31,478 nt of DNA, from assembly GCA_020630355.1 (NCBI GenBank), contig JAHDBO010000001.1, positions 1-31,478 on the forward strand, given 5' to 3'. Origin of the DNA: Saprospiraceae bacterium. GTDB lineage: Bacteria; Bacteroidota; Bacteroidia; Chitinophagales; Saprospiraceae. Below, in pieces: positions 1 to 8,439 of this stretch. Below the pieces are notes generated by a model that was not told the DNA's origin, searched no databases, and was given only the letters and a program-made list of their open reading frames with translations. A program made the position numbers and the translations under genes. The first letter of the stretch is position 1; every line of letters begins with the position of its first letter.

Positions 1-370
1 TCTCTAGGCAGTAGTCAAAGGCATCCAATAACTCTTTTTCACCTCTGATACACTCGCTTAGAATCGCCTCGGCATCATTCTGTGCAATGCTAGCCCTCAA
101 GTTCATCCAGGCTCTGTGTGCTCCCGCCATGATGGTGGTGTCGGCGCCTTCAGAGCTGCCACCAAGTATCAAAATGTCATTTTTAATCTGGTTTCTGAAC
201 CTCGCTCTTTCTAGCGATTTGGCTTCGAAATAACGTTTTAAACTGTTCTCATCAACTAGTTCCATGGCATTTTTATACCCTAGGCGTGCGTCCTCGCAGC
301 GATCCATTAGGTTTCTCAACCCTTTCTTCAATTCGTAATGTCCTGATTGTTTACTTTCTATTGCATTCAT
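1..370 (-). CDS. PA2169-family (DUF2383) ferritin-like four-helix-bundle protein, 3' end runs off the window
   Basis: Not in the ORF track; translated by hand from ATG at 370: MNAIESKQSGHYELKKGLRNLMDRCEDARLGYKNAMELVDENSLKRYFEAKSLERARF...AGAHRAWMNLRASIAQNDAEAILSECIRGEKELLDAFDYCL. The HRAWM and ECIRGE segments are typical of the family. Confidence 0.85.
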   Translation of the reverse strand, partial: MNAIESKQSGHYELKKGLRNLMDRCEDARLGYKNAMELVDENSLKRYFEAKSLERARFRNQIKNDILILGGSSEGADTTIMAGAHRAWMNLRASIAQNDAEAILSECIRGEKELLDAFDYCLE

Positions 371-396
371 AATTTCTATAATTTTTAAATTAATCC

Positions 397-427
397 ACTA
401 AAACAACGGTATTGTCCAACCGTTCTC
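397..427 (-). promoter_or_regulatory. ECF-type island promoter motif, copy 1
   Basis: Minus strand GAGAACGG-N14-TGTTTTAGT, 26 nt upstream of the PA2169-family ATG. Confidence 0.55.
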
Positions 428-697
428 ATTCTGTTTCTTAGTTTGTTTTTTATTTCAAAAGAAGGGAATCCTTTCCCTGCTTTCGCTCTTGGGTGAGGTC
501 TTTTGATTATCCCTATATTTTTTCTTAATCGGTGTGTTTTTCCTTTCATGGCTATCAATTTCCTGATAGTTTTATCTAATATCATGATAATATTCTGTTT
601 TTTGATTTTTGTATTTGTAAAACGGATCAATGCGATATATGTTTGATTTTGATTGAAAATATATTTTATAAAATATTCATTATTAATAATTTGTAAT

Positions 698-728
698 TAA
701 AACATTGAAAGAGCTTGTTCGTTATAGT
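698..728 (+). promoter_or_regulatory. ECF-type island promoter motif, copy 2
   Basis: TAAAACAT-N14-CGTTATAGT, 55 nt upstream of ATG 784. Confidence 0.55.
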
Positions 729-783
729 TAAGGAAAGTGTAGATAAAAAGTGTTTTATAAATTTAATAAAAAAGAAAAAAATA

Positions 784-1311
784 ATGGATACTAGTTATTT
801 AGAAAAAAGTATTGAAGTAGTCAAATCAAGCCCAAGGCAGAGACCAAAAAATAGGCTAAGAACCCGTCGTTTCCCCTTTTATGCCTTCGGTACTTTCGCA
901 GGGGTAGTTGGCGGTTTGGTCATGGTGTTTTATTTGGCGTTTTTAGGTCTTACGGGTTATCATGACGCTATTCATTTTAAGTTTTTTAAGTACTTGTTCC
1001 TGTTTGGTGTCCTTGTTTATGGGCTGTACCGTTACCGGTTGTATTTAAGGAAAGGGGCGTTTTTTAAAAATGGTATATTGTTAGGGATGTACATCTCTTT
1101 TGTGGCAGGTTTGACTCTCTTTGTTGGTAATTTTTTGACACAAGCACTAGCGGGGGACACTATTGTTTTCAGCAAGTTCAATACGATAGCCACAACCTTG
1201 CCAGAGTTTATTGTCATCAATGCAGTAATCTTTTTCGAGGTCATTGTTTTCGGTATGATTTCTACGTTCATTGCTTTACAGTTGATGAAAGATAAGGCTA
1301 GGGCCAAGTAA
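784..1311 (+). CDS. DUF4199-like membrane protein (about 4 TM helices)
   Basis: Four hydrophobic segments and a FKNGILLGMYISFVAG pattern. ATG 784 after an A-rich tract is preferred to the track's TTG 715, which overlaps the promoter motif. Confidence 0.6.
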   Translation: MDTSYLEKSIEVVKSSPRQRPKNRLRTRRFPFYAFGTFAGVVGGLVMVFYLAFLGLTGYHDAIHFKFFKYLFLFGVLVYGLYRYRLYLRKGAFFKNGILLGMYISFVAGLTLFVGNFLTQALAGDTIVFSKFNTIATTLPEFIVINAVIFFEVIVFGMISTFIALQLMKDKARAK

Positions 1312-1342
1312 TAAAAAGTGGCAAAACACTGTTCATGTATAG

Positions 1343-1373
1343 CCCCATTGGATTTATCCAATGGGGTATTTTT
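1343..1373 (+). terminator. Intrinsic terminator
   Basis: CCCCATTGGA-ttta-TCCAATGGGG (10-bp perfect stem) followed by TATTTTT. Confidence 0.65.
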
Positions 1374-1398
1374 ACGAAAAACATCCAAAATCAAAATT

Positions 1399-2496
1399 AT
1401 GAAAACAAGAAAATTAGCCTATTCGTCTATTGTGACTGTTTTTTTAGGCTACATGCTAGTTGCGGGGCAATCGGTGTTTATCCCGCTTTTCTTTGCTATT
1501 TTTTTTATGCTGATGCTTAGTCCTTTGTGTGGTTTTTTGGAGAGGAAAGGAATGGGGGGGGCTTGGAGTATTGTCACTGTTTTGCTGGGGGTGAATGTGT
1601 TTTTGGCCGGGCTAGCTGCGCTTCTGGGCAATGGGCTTATCAATGTTACGAGCAATGCTTCCGATATCGAAGGCAAGATACAATCTGCAATCAGCCAGAT
1701 TTTTAAATTGACAAATCAATATTTTGGTATTAGTAAAAACGAAGGTGTCAATTGGTTGTCCGAAAATATTGGCTCTGCCATAGGGACGCCTGTTGGTATG
1801 ATTGGGACTGGTCTGAGTTCTTCCACGGGAGTTTTGGCTAATATGTTATTGATGTTGGTTTTTACCTTTCTATTGTTGTTATACAGAAAACCTTTCAAGT
1901 CTTTTTTAATGCTTCAGTTTCCAAAAGAGCGTAAAAAGGAAGGACGGGAGGCTTTGCAGAGCATCCAAGAAGTGGTACAAGAGTACTTATACGGAACGTT
2001 AACGGTCATGTTGATTTTGGGTGTGCTGAATAGTGTGGGTTTGTGGTTTATCGGTCTAGAGTACGCTTTCTTTTGGGGTTTTATGGCAGCCGTACTTGCT
2101 ATCATTCCCTATGTGGGCACAGCCCTGGGGGGTATGCTTCCTTTTTTGTACTCTTTAGCAACCACTACTAATATGTGGGAGCCTTTGGCTATTTTGGGGC
2201 TCTATTTTGTTGTACAACAACTAGAAGGCAATTTTATCACCCCAAAAATAGTAGGCGACAGTGTTGATATCAATCCTTTCTTCGCCATCTTGGCTTTGTT
2301 GGTTGGTAATATGATTTGGGGCGTAGCGGGTATCATCCTGTTCTTGCCCTTGTTTGCTATTTTGAGGATTGTTTTTTCCCATATTGAACCTCTAAAACCT
2401 TTGGCAGTAGTAATGGGAAGTGATGTGTACGAGTCTACTCAAGAGCTAAAATCAATGGACGATAGAGATCATCGTATGAGCCAGCTTTTTAGTTAA
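1399..2496 (+). CDS. AI-2E family transporter (PerM-like)
   Basis: Multi-TM protein with IIPYVGTALGG, QQLEGNFITPKIVGDSVDINP and WGVAGIILFLPL motifs; ATG 1399 preferred to GTG 1318. Confidence 0.9.
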   Translation: MKTRKLAYSSIVTVFLGYMLVAGQSVFIPLFFAIFFMLMLSPLCGFLERKGMGGAWSIVTVLLGVNVFLAGLAALLGNGLINVTSNASDIEGKIQSAISQIFKLTNQYFGISKNEGVNWLSENIGSAIGTPVGMIGTGLSSSTGVLANMLLMLVFTFLLLLYRKPFKSFLMLQFPKERKKEGREALQSIQEVVQEYLYGTLTVMLILGVLNSVGLWFIGLEYAFFWGFMAAVLAIIPYVGTALGGMLPFLYSLATTTNMWEPLAILGLYFVVQQLEGNFITPKIVGDSVDINPFFAILALLVGNMIWGVAGIILFLPLFAILRIVFSHIEPLKPLAVVMGSDVYESTQELKSMDDRDHRMSQLFS

Positions 2497-2525
2497 GATT
2501 GCAATGGGCATTTGACAAAAAAATG

Positions 2526-2556
2526 AAGCCCTATCAGGTAATCCAGATAGGGCTTT
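2526..2556. terminator. Bidirectional terminator between convergent genes
   Basis: AAGCCCTATC-N10-GATAGGGCTT. Confidence 0.7.
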
Positions 2557-2580
2557 CAATATAGGGGTATTGGGCTTTTT

Positions 2581-3204
2581 CTACTCTTGCATCACGAATT
2601 TTCCAAAATCAACTTCAAAAGTCTTATTCTTCTTTAGCTGACCGTCCCTTTGCATCTCAAAAAAGGTGCTTTTTACAGTCGTTTTATGCTTTTTTGATAT
2701 TTTCTTCTTTTGAACGATATCTAGCATGCCGTCTTTGTTGACATCTATTACCCATGAATCAAGCTGATAGTTTTTATTTCGTTTGGTATATCTGTAGGAA
2801 AGTTTTTTCAGTTCTTTGAGCTTCTTCCCTTTCATGTCAAATAAGCCCAACGTACTCCCTTTTTTGGTAGGGTAGCGAATGATGTACAAATTACCATTTC
2901 TTGGCCCTTTTATATTAGATACAGCCCTTGGTGCTTTTGCGGTGGTCAGGATGTACCTGTTCAATGGCTTAGGGAGAACGTCAATGTGTTCCTTGGGGAT
3001 AATATTTCCAGCTAAGAAATAATCCTCCGTTATTTTGTCATTGGGTGGAGCGTATATGTGGAAGTTGCCCACGCTTTGGTGTTCAAACAGCGTTTCAAAC
3101 GAATCTTCTCCTTCTCCTGTTTCATCTTCATTCAGTACTGCCTGTTGAGCCAAGATAGACAAGGGCATCAACAGACAAATGAGTACTTTGCTCATCTTTT
3201 TCAT
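2581..3204 (-). CDS. Exported hypothetical protein
   Basis: N-terminal signal peptide (MKKMSKVLICLLMPLSILA) and a DVNKDGMLDIV Ca-binding-like loop; 31 nt downstream of the ECF sigma gene. Confidence 0.7.
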   Translation of the reverse strand: MKKMSKVLICLLMPLSILAQQAVLNEDETGEGEDSFETLFEHQSVGNFHIYAPPNDKITEDYFLAGNIIPKEHIDVLPKPLNRYILTTAKAPRAVSNIKGPRNGNLYIIRYPTKKGSTLGLFDMKGKKLKELKKLSYRYTKRNKNYQLDSWVIDVNKDGMLDIVQKKKISKKHKTTVKSTFFEMQRDGQLKKNKTFEVDFGKFVMQE

Positions 3205-3235
3205 CTTTTTAATTTATTGTGATAAGTAAATCGGA

Positions 3236-3763
3236 CTAGGCTCTGTAATGGCCTAGCGTGTTGCCATATCTGTTTAGCAACATCTTTTGTAATTTTTTCC
3301 TAGCGAAATAGATGCGACTTTTTACCGTTCCGATAGGTACATTGAACATGGATGAGATTTCTTTGTACTGATAACCTTGGTAAAAAAGTGTAAAAAATTC
3401 CTCTTGCTCATCAGGGAGGCAAGCTATCATTTTTTTGATTTCATGCATTAAGATAATGTCGTCAGGGTTATCACCTGATGGTCTTTCTTCTGCTAGGTGT
3501 ATGATGGGTTCAAGAGGTGTTTCGATGTTCCATCTGGTTTTGCTCTTTCGGTAGTGGTTGATGAAAGAGTTGCGCATGATGGTGGTCATCCAAGCTTTGA
3601 AATTGGTGCCTTTCCTGAAGTTGCCTTTGTTCTTGAATCCTCTCATCAAGGTTTCTTGCATAAGATCTTTGGCTTTGTCATGTGATTTGGTCAACCGCAT
3701 TGCAAAACCGTAGAGCAGTGTTTTGATTTCTTCAACTTTTGAATTGAATTCTAATGTGTTCAT
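3236..3763 (-). CDS. ECF RNA polymerase sigma-70 factor, no adjacent anti-sigma
   Basis: Region 2 (AKDLMQETLMRG...FKAWMTTIMRNSFINHYRK) and region 4 (YQYKEISSMFNVPIGTVKSRIYFARKKL); 175 aa. Confidence 0.95.
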   Translation of the reverse strand: MNTLEFNSKVEEIKTLLYGFAMRLTKSHDKAKDLMQETLMRGFKNKGNFRKGTNFKAWMTTIMRNSFINHYRKSKTRWNIETPLEPIIHLAEERPSGDNPDDIILMHEIKKMIACLPDEQEEFFTLFYQGYQYKEISSMFNVPIGTVKSRIYFARKKLQKMLLNRYGNTLGHYRA

Positions 3764-3971
3764 GTGAAAAAAATTTAGCGGTGAATGGGTTTCTTGTTGT
3801 TTAATGTATATTCAATAGTTGTGCCAATCTTTTAATGGTTTGATTATCAATGTTTTACAATGATTTATTGATGATGTTTTTATTTTATTTAATAAAAATT
3901 TATTTTAATAAATAAAATGCAAATTAAATGGATTATCGTCCCATATTTAAAGTGGAATTTTTTTGATTAGA

Positions 3972-4003
3972 TTGAACATCTGATTGTTATGTCCCGTTCT
4001 AGT
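3972..4003 (+). promoter_or_regulatory. ECF-type island promoter motif, copy 3
   Basis: TTGAACAT-N15-CGTTCTAGT, 157 nt upstream of ATG 4161. Confidence 0.7.
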
Positions 4004-4160
4004 AACGAATCCAAAAGCAACTAATCTGCGAAACCATATTTTAACGTTTCGATTCTCTTGAGTTGTTTTCCTATTAAATCAGGTTCAAATCACACCTATA
4101 AGTTTTCAAGTAACCACTTGGAACAGGGGCTGTAATTATTTAATGTAAAAAGAAAAGAAT

Positions 4161-4460
4161 ATGATTAATACAGAAAAGACTACTTCTCAGATGAAGCAAG
4201 AGTTGGTTTCCATCTTGAAACAACTCAATCAAAAAATAGATACTTATTCAAGGCATTATGCAAAAGGTCAAGCCAATAATGTCAAGAAAATATTAGGTGC
4301 TACCAATAAGCTGATTGGTCATAGGTTTGTGATACGAAATCTTAAGGATAGAATCGAACAGATGAAAAATCTACCAGAAGGATTAAGAGTTGAAATCAAA
4401 CAAGCTTACGAAAATGCAAAGAATGACTTAATGACATCAGATGTAGTCATTAATGCATAA
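4161..4460 (+). CDS. Hypothetical helical protein
   Basis: 99-aa ORF after an A-rich start region, first gene after promoter copy 3. Confidence 0.65.
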   Translation: MINTEKTTSQMKQELVSILKQLNQKIDTYSRHYAKGQANNVKKILGATNKLIGHRFVIRNLKDRIEQMKNLPEGLRVEIKQAYENAKNDLMTSDVVINA

Positions 4461-4585
4461 TACATACATGAAGGGGTGTTTGGACGAGGGCAGCTAGGCA
4501 ATGTATTCGTATAGAAGAGCCGCTTGTAGTGCCTTCCAACGCATAAACCTCAATATTTATTTAACAATTTAAAATTACAAAATCA

Positions 4586-5017
4586 ATGGAACAGAGAAAT
4601 TCAAACAGAACGTGGTTGGCCTTGGGTCTAGGATTGTTGGCAGGTAGTGCTGCTGCCATTTATTTGTCATCTGACGAAGGCAAAAGGGTGAGGAAAAAAG
4701 TGAGCGCGGATGTCAGAAACGCCGCCGAGATTGCTAAAAGAAATATACAGGAACAAGGGACTAAACTAGGCGCTCAGTTGCAGCAAGCAGCGGATAGCGC
4801 ACAGGTGTACATTAAAGACATAGCAGAGTCGACGAAGCAATATACTGAAGAAATTGCTTCTAAAGCAAAGAATGCCATAGCTCAAACTTCTGACCAAGCA
4901 GAGGAAGAAATCGAAGAGAAAGCGGACAGCTTCAAAAAAGGGGTCAATCGTGCAAAGCGTAATATTAACAGGAAGTTGGCAGAGGTTGAAACGGCATCCT
5001 CTAACGGCAAAGCCTAA
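4586..5017 (+). CDS. YtxH-domain membrane-anchored coiled-coil protein
   Basis: N-terminal LALGLGLLAGSAAAIYL then SSDEGKRVRKK and a long A/E/K/Q-rich helix. Confidence 0.85.
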   Translation: MEQRNSNRTWLALGLGLLAGSAAAIYLSSDEGKRVRKKVSADVRNAAEIAKRNIQEQGTKLGAQLQQAADSAQVYIKDIAESTKQYTEEIASKAKNAIAQTSDQAEEEIEEKADSFKKGVNRAKRNINRKLAEVETASSNGKA

Positions 5018-5029
5018 TCATCTTATGCT

Positions 5030-5167
5030 GTGTGAAATATAGGTTAAAAGGTAGAGGTGGCTTGTCCGAGTAGACAAGAACAGGGAGCAGGTTTTTAGGA
5101 AAAAGTTCTTTTGTAGAGGCTTCTGCTAAACACCTCCCTGATACCTCACTTTTGTTATATTTCACGC
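5030..5167 (+). other. Structured intergenic element (multi-stem RNA candidate)
   Basis: GTGTGAAATATAG pairs with TTATATTTCACGC; AAAAG/CTTTT, GAGGT/ACCTC, CTTGTC/GACAAG and CAGGGAG/CTCCCTG stems are nested inside. Confidence 0.45.
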
Positions 5168-5200
5168 AACTAGTATCAATCAAATTAATCCGACATAGTT

Positions 5201-5554
5201 ATGGAAAATCAAAGTGATCGCTTGTTAGAAACAGCAGGTGAAACCATCGCCTACGCTCAAGAGTACTGGATGGAACAAAAGCAGTTGCTCAAGCTGGAAG
5301 TCGCTGAGCGGACAGCAAAAGTAACGTCAAGCTTATTGTCTAGTGTGATTATGGGCTTAGCAGGAAGTATGGTCATTTTACTTTTGTCTATTGCCTTAGC
5401 TTTTGGGCTAGGCACCTACTTTGAGAGTATAGCATTAGGCTTTTTAGCAGTAGCAGGTATTTATCTGTGCTTTTTGGGATTGTTGATATTGTTTAAAAAC
5501 GAATGGGTAACCAATCCGATATTGTCAAGAATAATAGAGGATTTTTTTGATTAA
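5201..5554 (+). CDS. Phage-holin-like superfamily membrane protein (YqjE / Holin-X type)
   Basis: QLLKLEVAER helix followed by two TM segments; usual neighbour of YtxH/DUF883 genes. Confidence 0.8.
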   Translation: MENQSDRLLETAGETIAYAQEYWMEQKQLLKLEVAERTAKVTSSLLSSVIMGLAGSMVILLLSIALAFGLGTYFESIALGFLAVAGIYLCFLGLLILFKNEWVTNPILSRIIEDFFD

Positions 5555-5568
5555 AAAGTTGATGCATT

Positions 5569-6021
5569 ATGAAGAGTGAAATCAGAACATTGGCAGCGCT
5601 TCAGGAAGAAAAGAGGCGTATAAAAATAAAGTTGGGCATTATTGAGGATGAACTTTCTGATAAGGTGGAATCGGGTAAAAACCGTCTCAACCAAGTCAAA
5701 AATTCACTCAAGTGGGTCACACTGATTGGTGGTGTAGCAACTGCTGTAATAGGGGGTGGAGTACTTGCTAGTAAAGAAACCAAAATAGAAAAAGGCAATC
5801 ATCAAGGTTCGGCACGTCCTTCTTTTTGGGATTTGGTCGGACAACTAGCACCATTGGTTTTACCAGCGTTAATTCCTGTGATACAAGAACCATTGCTTAA
5901 CATACTGTCTCAAGAGCAACCTGCTCCTGATAGTGGAATTACAGGTTCAGGAGTACCCATTCAAAAGCAAGAAAAATTATCTGAAAGACATTACAGAGAG
6001 GAGATGCTTGAGTCGTTCTAG
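5569..6021 (+). CDS. Hypothetical membrane-associated protein (YqjK/DUF3618-like position)
   Basis: N-terminal coiled coil (LAALQEEKRRIKIKL), then a hydrophobic segment; third gene of the ytxH-holin-like trio. Confidence 0.6.
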   Translation: MKSEIRTLAALQEEKRRIKIKLGIIEDELSDKVESGKNRLNQVKNSLKWVTLIGGVATAVIGGGVLASKETKIEKGNHQGSARPSFWDLVGQLAPLVLPALIPVIQEPLLNILSQEQPAPDSGITGSGVPIQKQEKLSERHYREEMLESF

Positions 6022-6051
6022 TAGGAGACCTGCCTCTTCAAAAAAAGAAAT

Positions 6052-7017
6052 ATGTTCGCCATGTTATTCATAAATTATTATTTCCAAATCATAAAAAAGG
6101 CCATCTCGTCCTTTGTTGATAATAATTTATTCACCAATGCTGCTGCTTTGGCCTACTATACAGTGTTTTCACTACCGCCTATTTTGCTCATTGTGGTTTA
6201 TGCAACTTCCCTTGTTTATGACCAAAAGGCAGTCAACCAATTTGTTTTTGGCGAATTGGGGGAAATGATAGGCGAAGGGGGAGCGGCTCAGTTGTCCAAT
6301 GCCATAGAGCAATTGGGGATTTATCACCAAGATGTTTGGACGGCAATTTTGAGTATAGGCGTTTTAGTGTTCACGGCAACGACGGTCTTTGTGACCTTAC
6401 AATCTACGCTCAATAAAATATTCAACGTAAAACCAAAACCTGAAGGTTGGGGAATCGTGAAATTTATTAGGGATAGGATGCTTTCAGCTACTTTGTTGTT
6501 GGCGATTGCATTTGTACTCTTAGTATCTTTATCGGTCAATGCCGGTTTATCGGCATTTGCGGATTATCTGAGCAATAGACTCGGGGATATGTCGATAGCC
6601 TTGACACTTATCAGTTCGCTAGTGCTGCCCTTTGTAATTATCACGCTATTGTTTGCGGGACTGTACAAATGGTTGCCCGATGTTCATCTGAAGTGGAAGG
6701 ATGTCTGGACGGGAGCGATTCTGACAGCCGTTTTGTTCATGGTTGGCAAATATATTATCAGCTATTATATAGGGAGCAATCAAACCGCTTCACTGTATGA
6801 CGCTGCGAGCAGTGTTATCGTATTGATGCTTTGGGTTTTTTACGCTTCATTGATTTTCTTTTTTGGAGCGGAATACATTAGGGCCAGGTTGAAACACTTG
6901 GGAGAACCACTACCAGCTTCCGAATATGCGGTAAAAGTGCTGCAGGTTGAAGAGGAAGTCGAAGTACCAGAACACATAAGGGATTTAGAAACTAATAGGC
7001 TACTCAAAATAACGTAG
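6052..7017 (+). CDS. YihY/virulence factor BrkB family membrane protein
   Basis: AAALAYYTVFSLPP, YKWLPD and YDAASSVIVLMLWVFYASLIFFFGAE motifs. Confidence 0.92.
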   Translation: MFAMLFINYYFQIIKKAISSFVDNNLFTNAAALAYYTVFSLPPILLIVVYATSLVYDQKAVNQFVFGELGEMIGEGGAAQLSNAIEQLGIYHQDVWTAILSIGVLVFTATTVFVTLQSTLNKIFNVKPKPEGWGIVKFIRDRMLSATLLLAIAFVLLVSLSVNAGLSAFADYLSNRLGDMSIALTLISSLVLPFVIITLLFAGLYKWLPDVHLKWKDVWTGAILTAVLFMVGKYIISYYIGSNQTASLYDAASSVIVLMLWVFYASLIFFFGAEYIRARLKHLGEPLPASEYAVKVLQVEEEVEVPEHIRDLETNRLLKIT

Positions 7018-7076
7018 TTAGGTACGTAGTATAGTACTTACTAAGTCTTTATATTTAAATTTTAAAAAAAAGAAAA

Positions 7077-7490
7077 ATGAGAAAAATATTATCAATCATA
7101 TTCATCCTATTTAGTATTACAATGTTTTCTATTACGGCTTGTAATACACAAACACAAACAGAAGCAGAAAAGGCGAAAGAAGAGATTAATGAGGCGGGCG
7201 AGGCTATTTCGGATGCATGGGAAGCAGAAAGAGCCGAATTAGAAGCTGACATGAAACAAGCTCAAATTAGTCTCAATGCTCGTATCGACGAACTGCAGAG
7301 AGACTTGGAGGTGGCTACTGCTGAAGCGAAAGGAGAAATCCAAGAAGAATTGGACAAGTTGGAAACACAGCGTCGCAAAGCTAGCACACAACTTAAACGC
7401 TTTGGTGATGTTGTAGATGATGGTTGGAATGACTTTAAAAATGAGGTTGAGCTAACGATCACTGGCATCGAGCGCTCTATTGAAAAATAA
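7077..7490 (+). CDS. Coiled-coil lipoprotein
   Basis: Lipobox ITA-C at residue 22, then acidic heptad-rich helices. Confidence 0.75.
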   Translation: MRKILSIIFILFSITMFSITACNTQTQTEAEKAKEEINEAGEAISDAWEAERAELEADMKQAQISLNARIDELQRDLEVATAEAKGEIQEELDKLETQRRKASTQLKRFGDVVDDGWNDFKNEVELTITGIERSIEK

Positions 7491-7507
7491 TAACGATTAG
7501 TGGATTC

Positions 7508-7544
7508 AACCAGTCTTACCTATTAAGGTAAGGCTGGTTTTTTT
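7508..7544 (+). terminator. Intrinsic terminator
   Basis: AACCAGTCTTACC-tattaa-GGTAAGGCTGGTT plus a T-tract. Confidence 0.75.
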
Positions 7545-7557
7545 ATAAAATGGATTT

Positions 7558-8424
7558 ATGGAATTTATTGAAGATATTAAAAATAACATTACCAGTTATT
7601 ACGATGACCTGGTAGCGGTTGCCCCCAAGTTGGTTCTAGGGGTCGTACTGTTCTTAGTACTGGTTTTTATCGGTGCTCAATTATCGAAACTTACCCAGAA
7701 TCGGCTGAAATCTAGAATGGATGATCCTTTGCTCGCAAAATTTATCGCTTCGGTAGTAAAAGGAGTAGTAGGGCTCTTGGCACTTTTGGTGTTCTTAAAG
7801 ACCGTTGGTCTAGGGGCTGCGGCGGCAGGACTGTTAGGGACAGCAGGGGTAGGGGCTTTCGTGATAGGATTTGCGTTTAAAGATATAGGAGAACATTTTT
7901 TGGCCGGTATTATTATGGCGTTCAATCGTCCGTTCAGAGTAGGTGATGTTGTAGAATTGGATGGAGTGAAGGGTAAAGTGGTGACCTTGAACTTGCGCAA
8001 TACACACATCAAAAGTTTTGATGGCAAAGATATTTATATACCAAATGGGAACATCATCAAGAACCCATTGGTCAATTATACGATTGATGGATTTATGCGT
8101 TATAGTTTGGTGGTGGGTTTGGACTATGGCTCTGATATTGATAAAGCCGCAGAAATCATGCTCAATACAACCCGTGAGATTGATGGGGTGCTATTAATTG
8201 ATGGGAGATCACCAAGTGTTTCGGTCGAAAGCTTAGGTACCAGCACCGTAAATCTTGAAATATTATACTGGCTAGATACTTTCGATACGAGTTTCCCCGC
8301 TGTGAAAGTAAAGACCAGATTGGCGAAAGACGTACTTGACGCTCTAGAAAATGCAGGGTTCTATATGCCAAGTGACATTTTGGAAATTAAAAACTATAAG
8401 GATCAAGCAGCCTTGGTTTCCTAG
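7558..8424 (+). CDS. mscS: Small-conductance mechanosensitive channel family protein
   Basis: GFAFKDIGEHFLAGIIMAFNRPFRVGD and G.V..LNLRNT.I..FDG..IYIPN motifs. Confidence 0.93.
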   Translation: MEFIEDIKNNITSYYDDLVAVAPKLVLGVVLFLVLVFIGAQLSKLTQNRLKSRMDDPLLAKFIASVVKGVVGLLALLVFLKTVGLGAAAAGLLGTAGVGAFVIGFAFKDIGEHFLAGIIMAFNRPFRVGDVVELDGVKGKVVTLNLRNTHIKSFDGKDIYIPNGNIIKNPLVNYTIDGFMRYSLVVGLDYGSDIDKAAEIMLNTTREIDGVLLIDGRSPSVSVESLGTSTVNLEILYWLDTFDTSFPAVKVKTRLAKDVLDALENAGFYMPSDILEIKNYKDQAALVS

Positions 8425-8439
8425 TCTTCAATCATTGAT

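Noticed and set aside
385-630. 81-aa minus-strand ORF in the ORF track
   Set aside because: K/I/R-rich translation of AT-rich intergenic DNA; it runs over the PA2169 promoter motif and shows no recognisable family.
548-646. 32-aa hydrophobic plus-strand ORF (MAINFLIVLSNIMIIFCFLIFVFVKRINAIYV)
   Set aside because: Hydrophobicity is expected from a T-rich tract; no promoter or other support.
4481-4510. Possible ninth island promoter before ytxH (GGAC-N16-TGTATTCGT)
   Set aside because: Too many mismatches in both boxes to count; a PWM scan is needed.
5030-5167. MITE call for the structured element
   Set aside because: Inverted ends are present but I see no target-site duplication and no second copy or transposase in the window; kept only as an alternative.
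5201-5554. Holin-family gene as evidence of a prophage
   Set aside because: No endolysin, structural, integrase or replication genes; this family is common in chromosomal stress operons.
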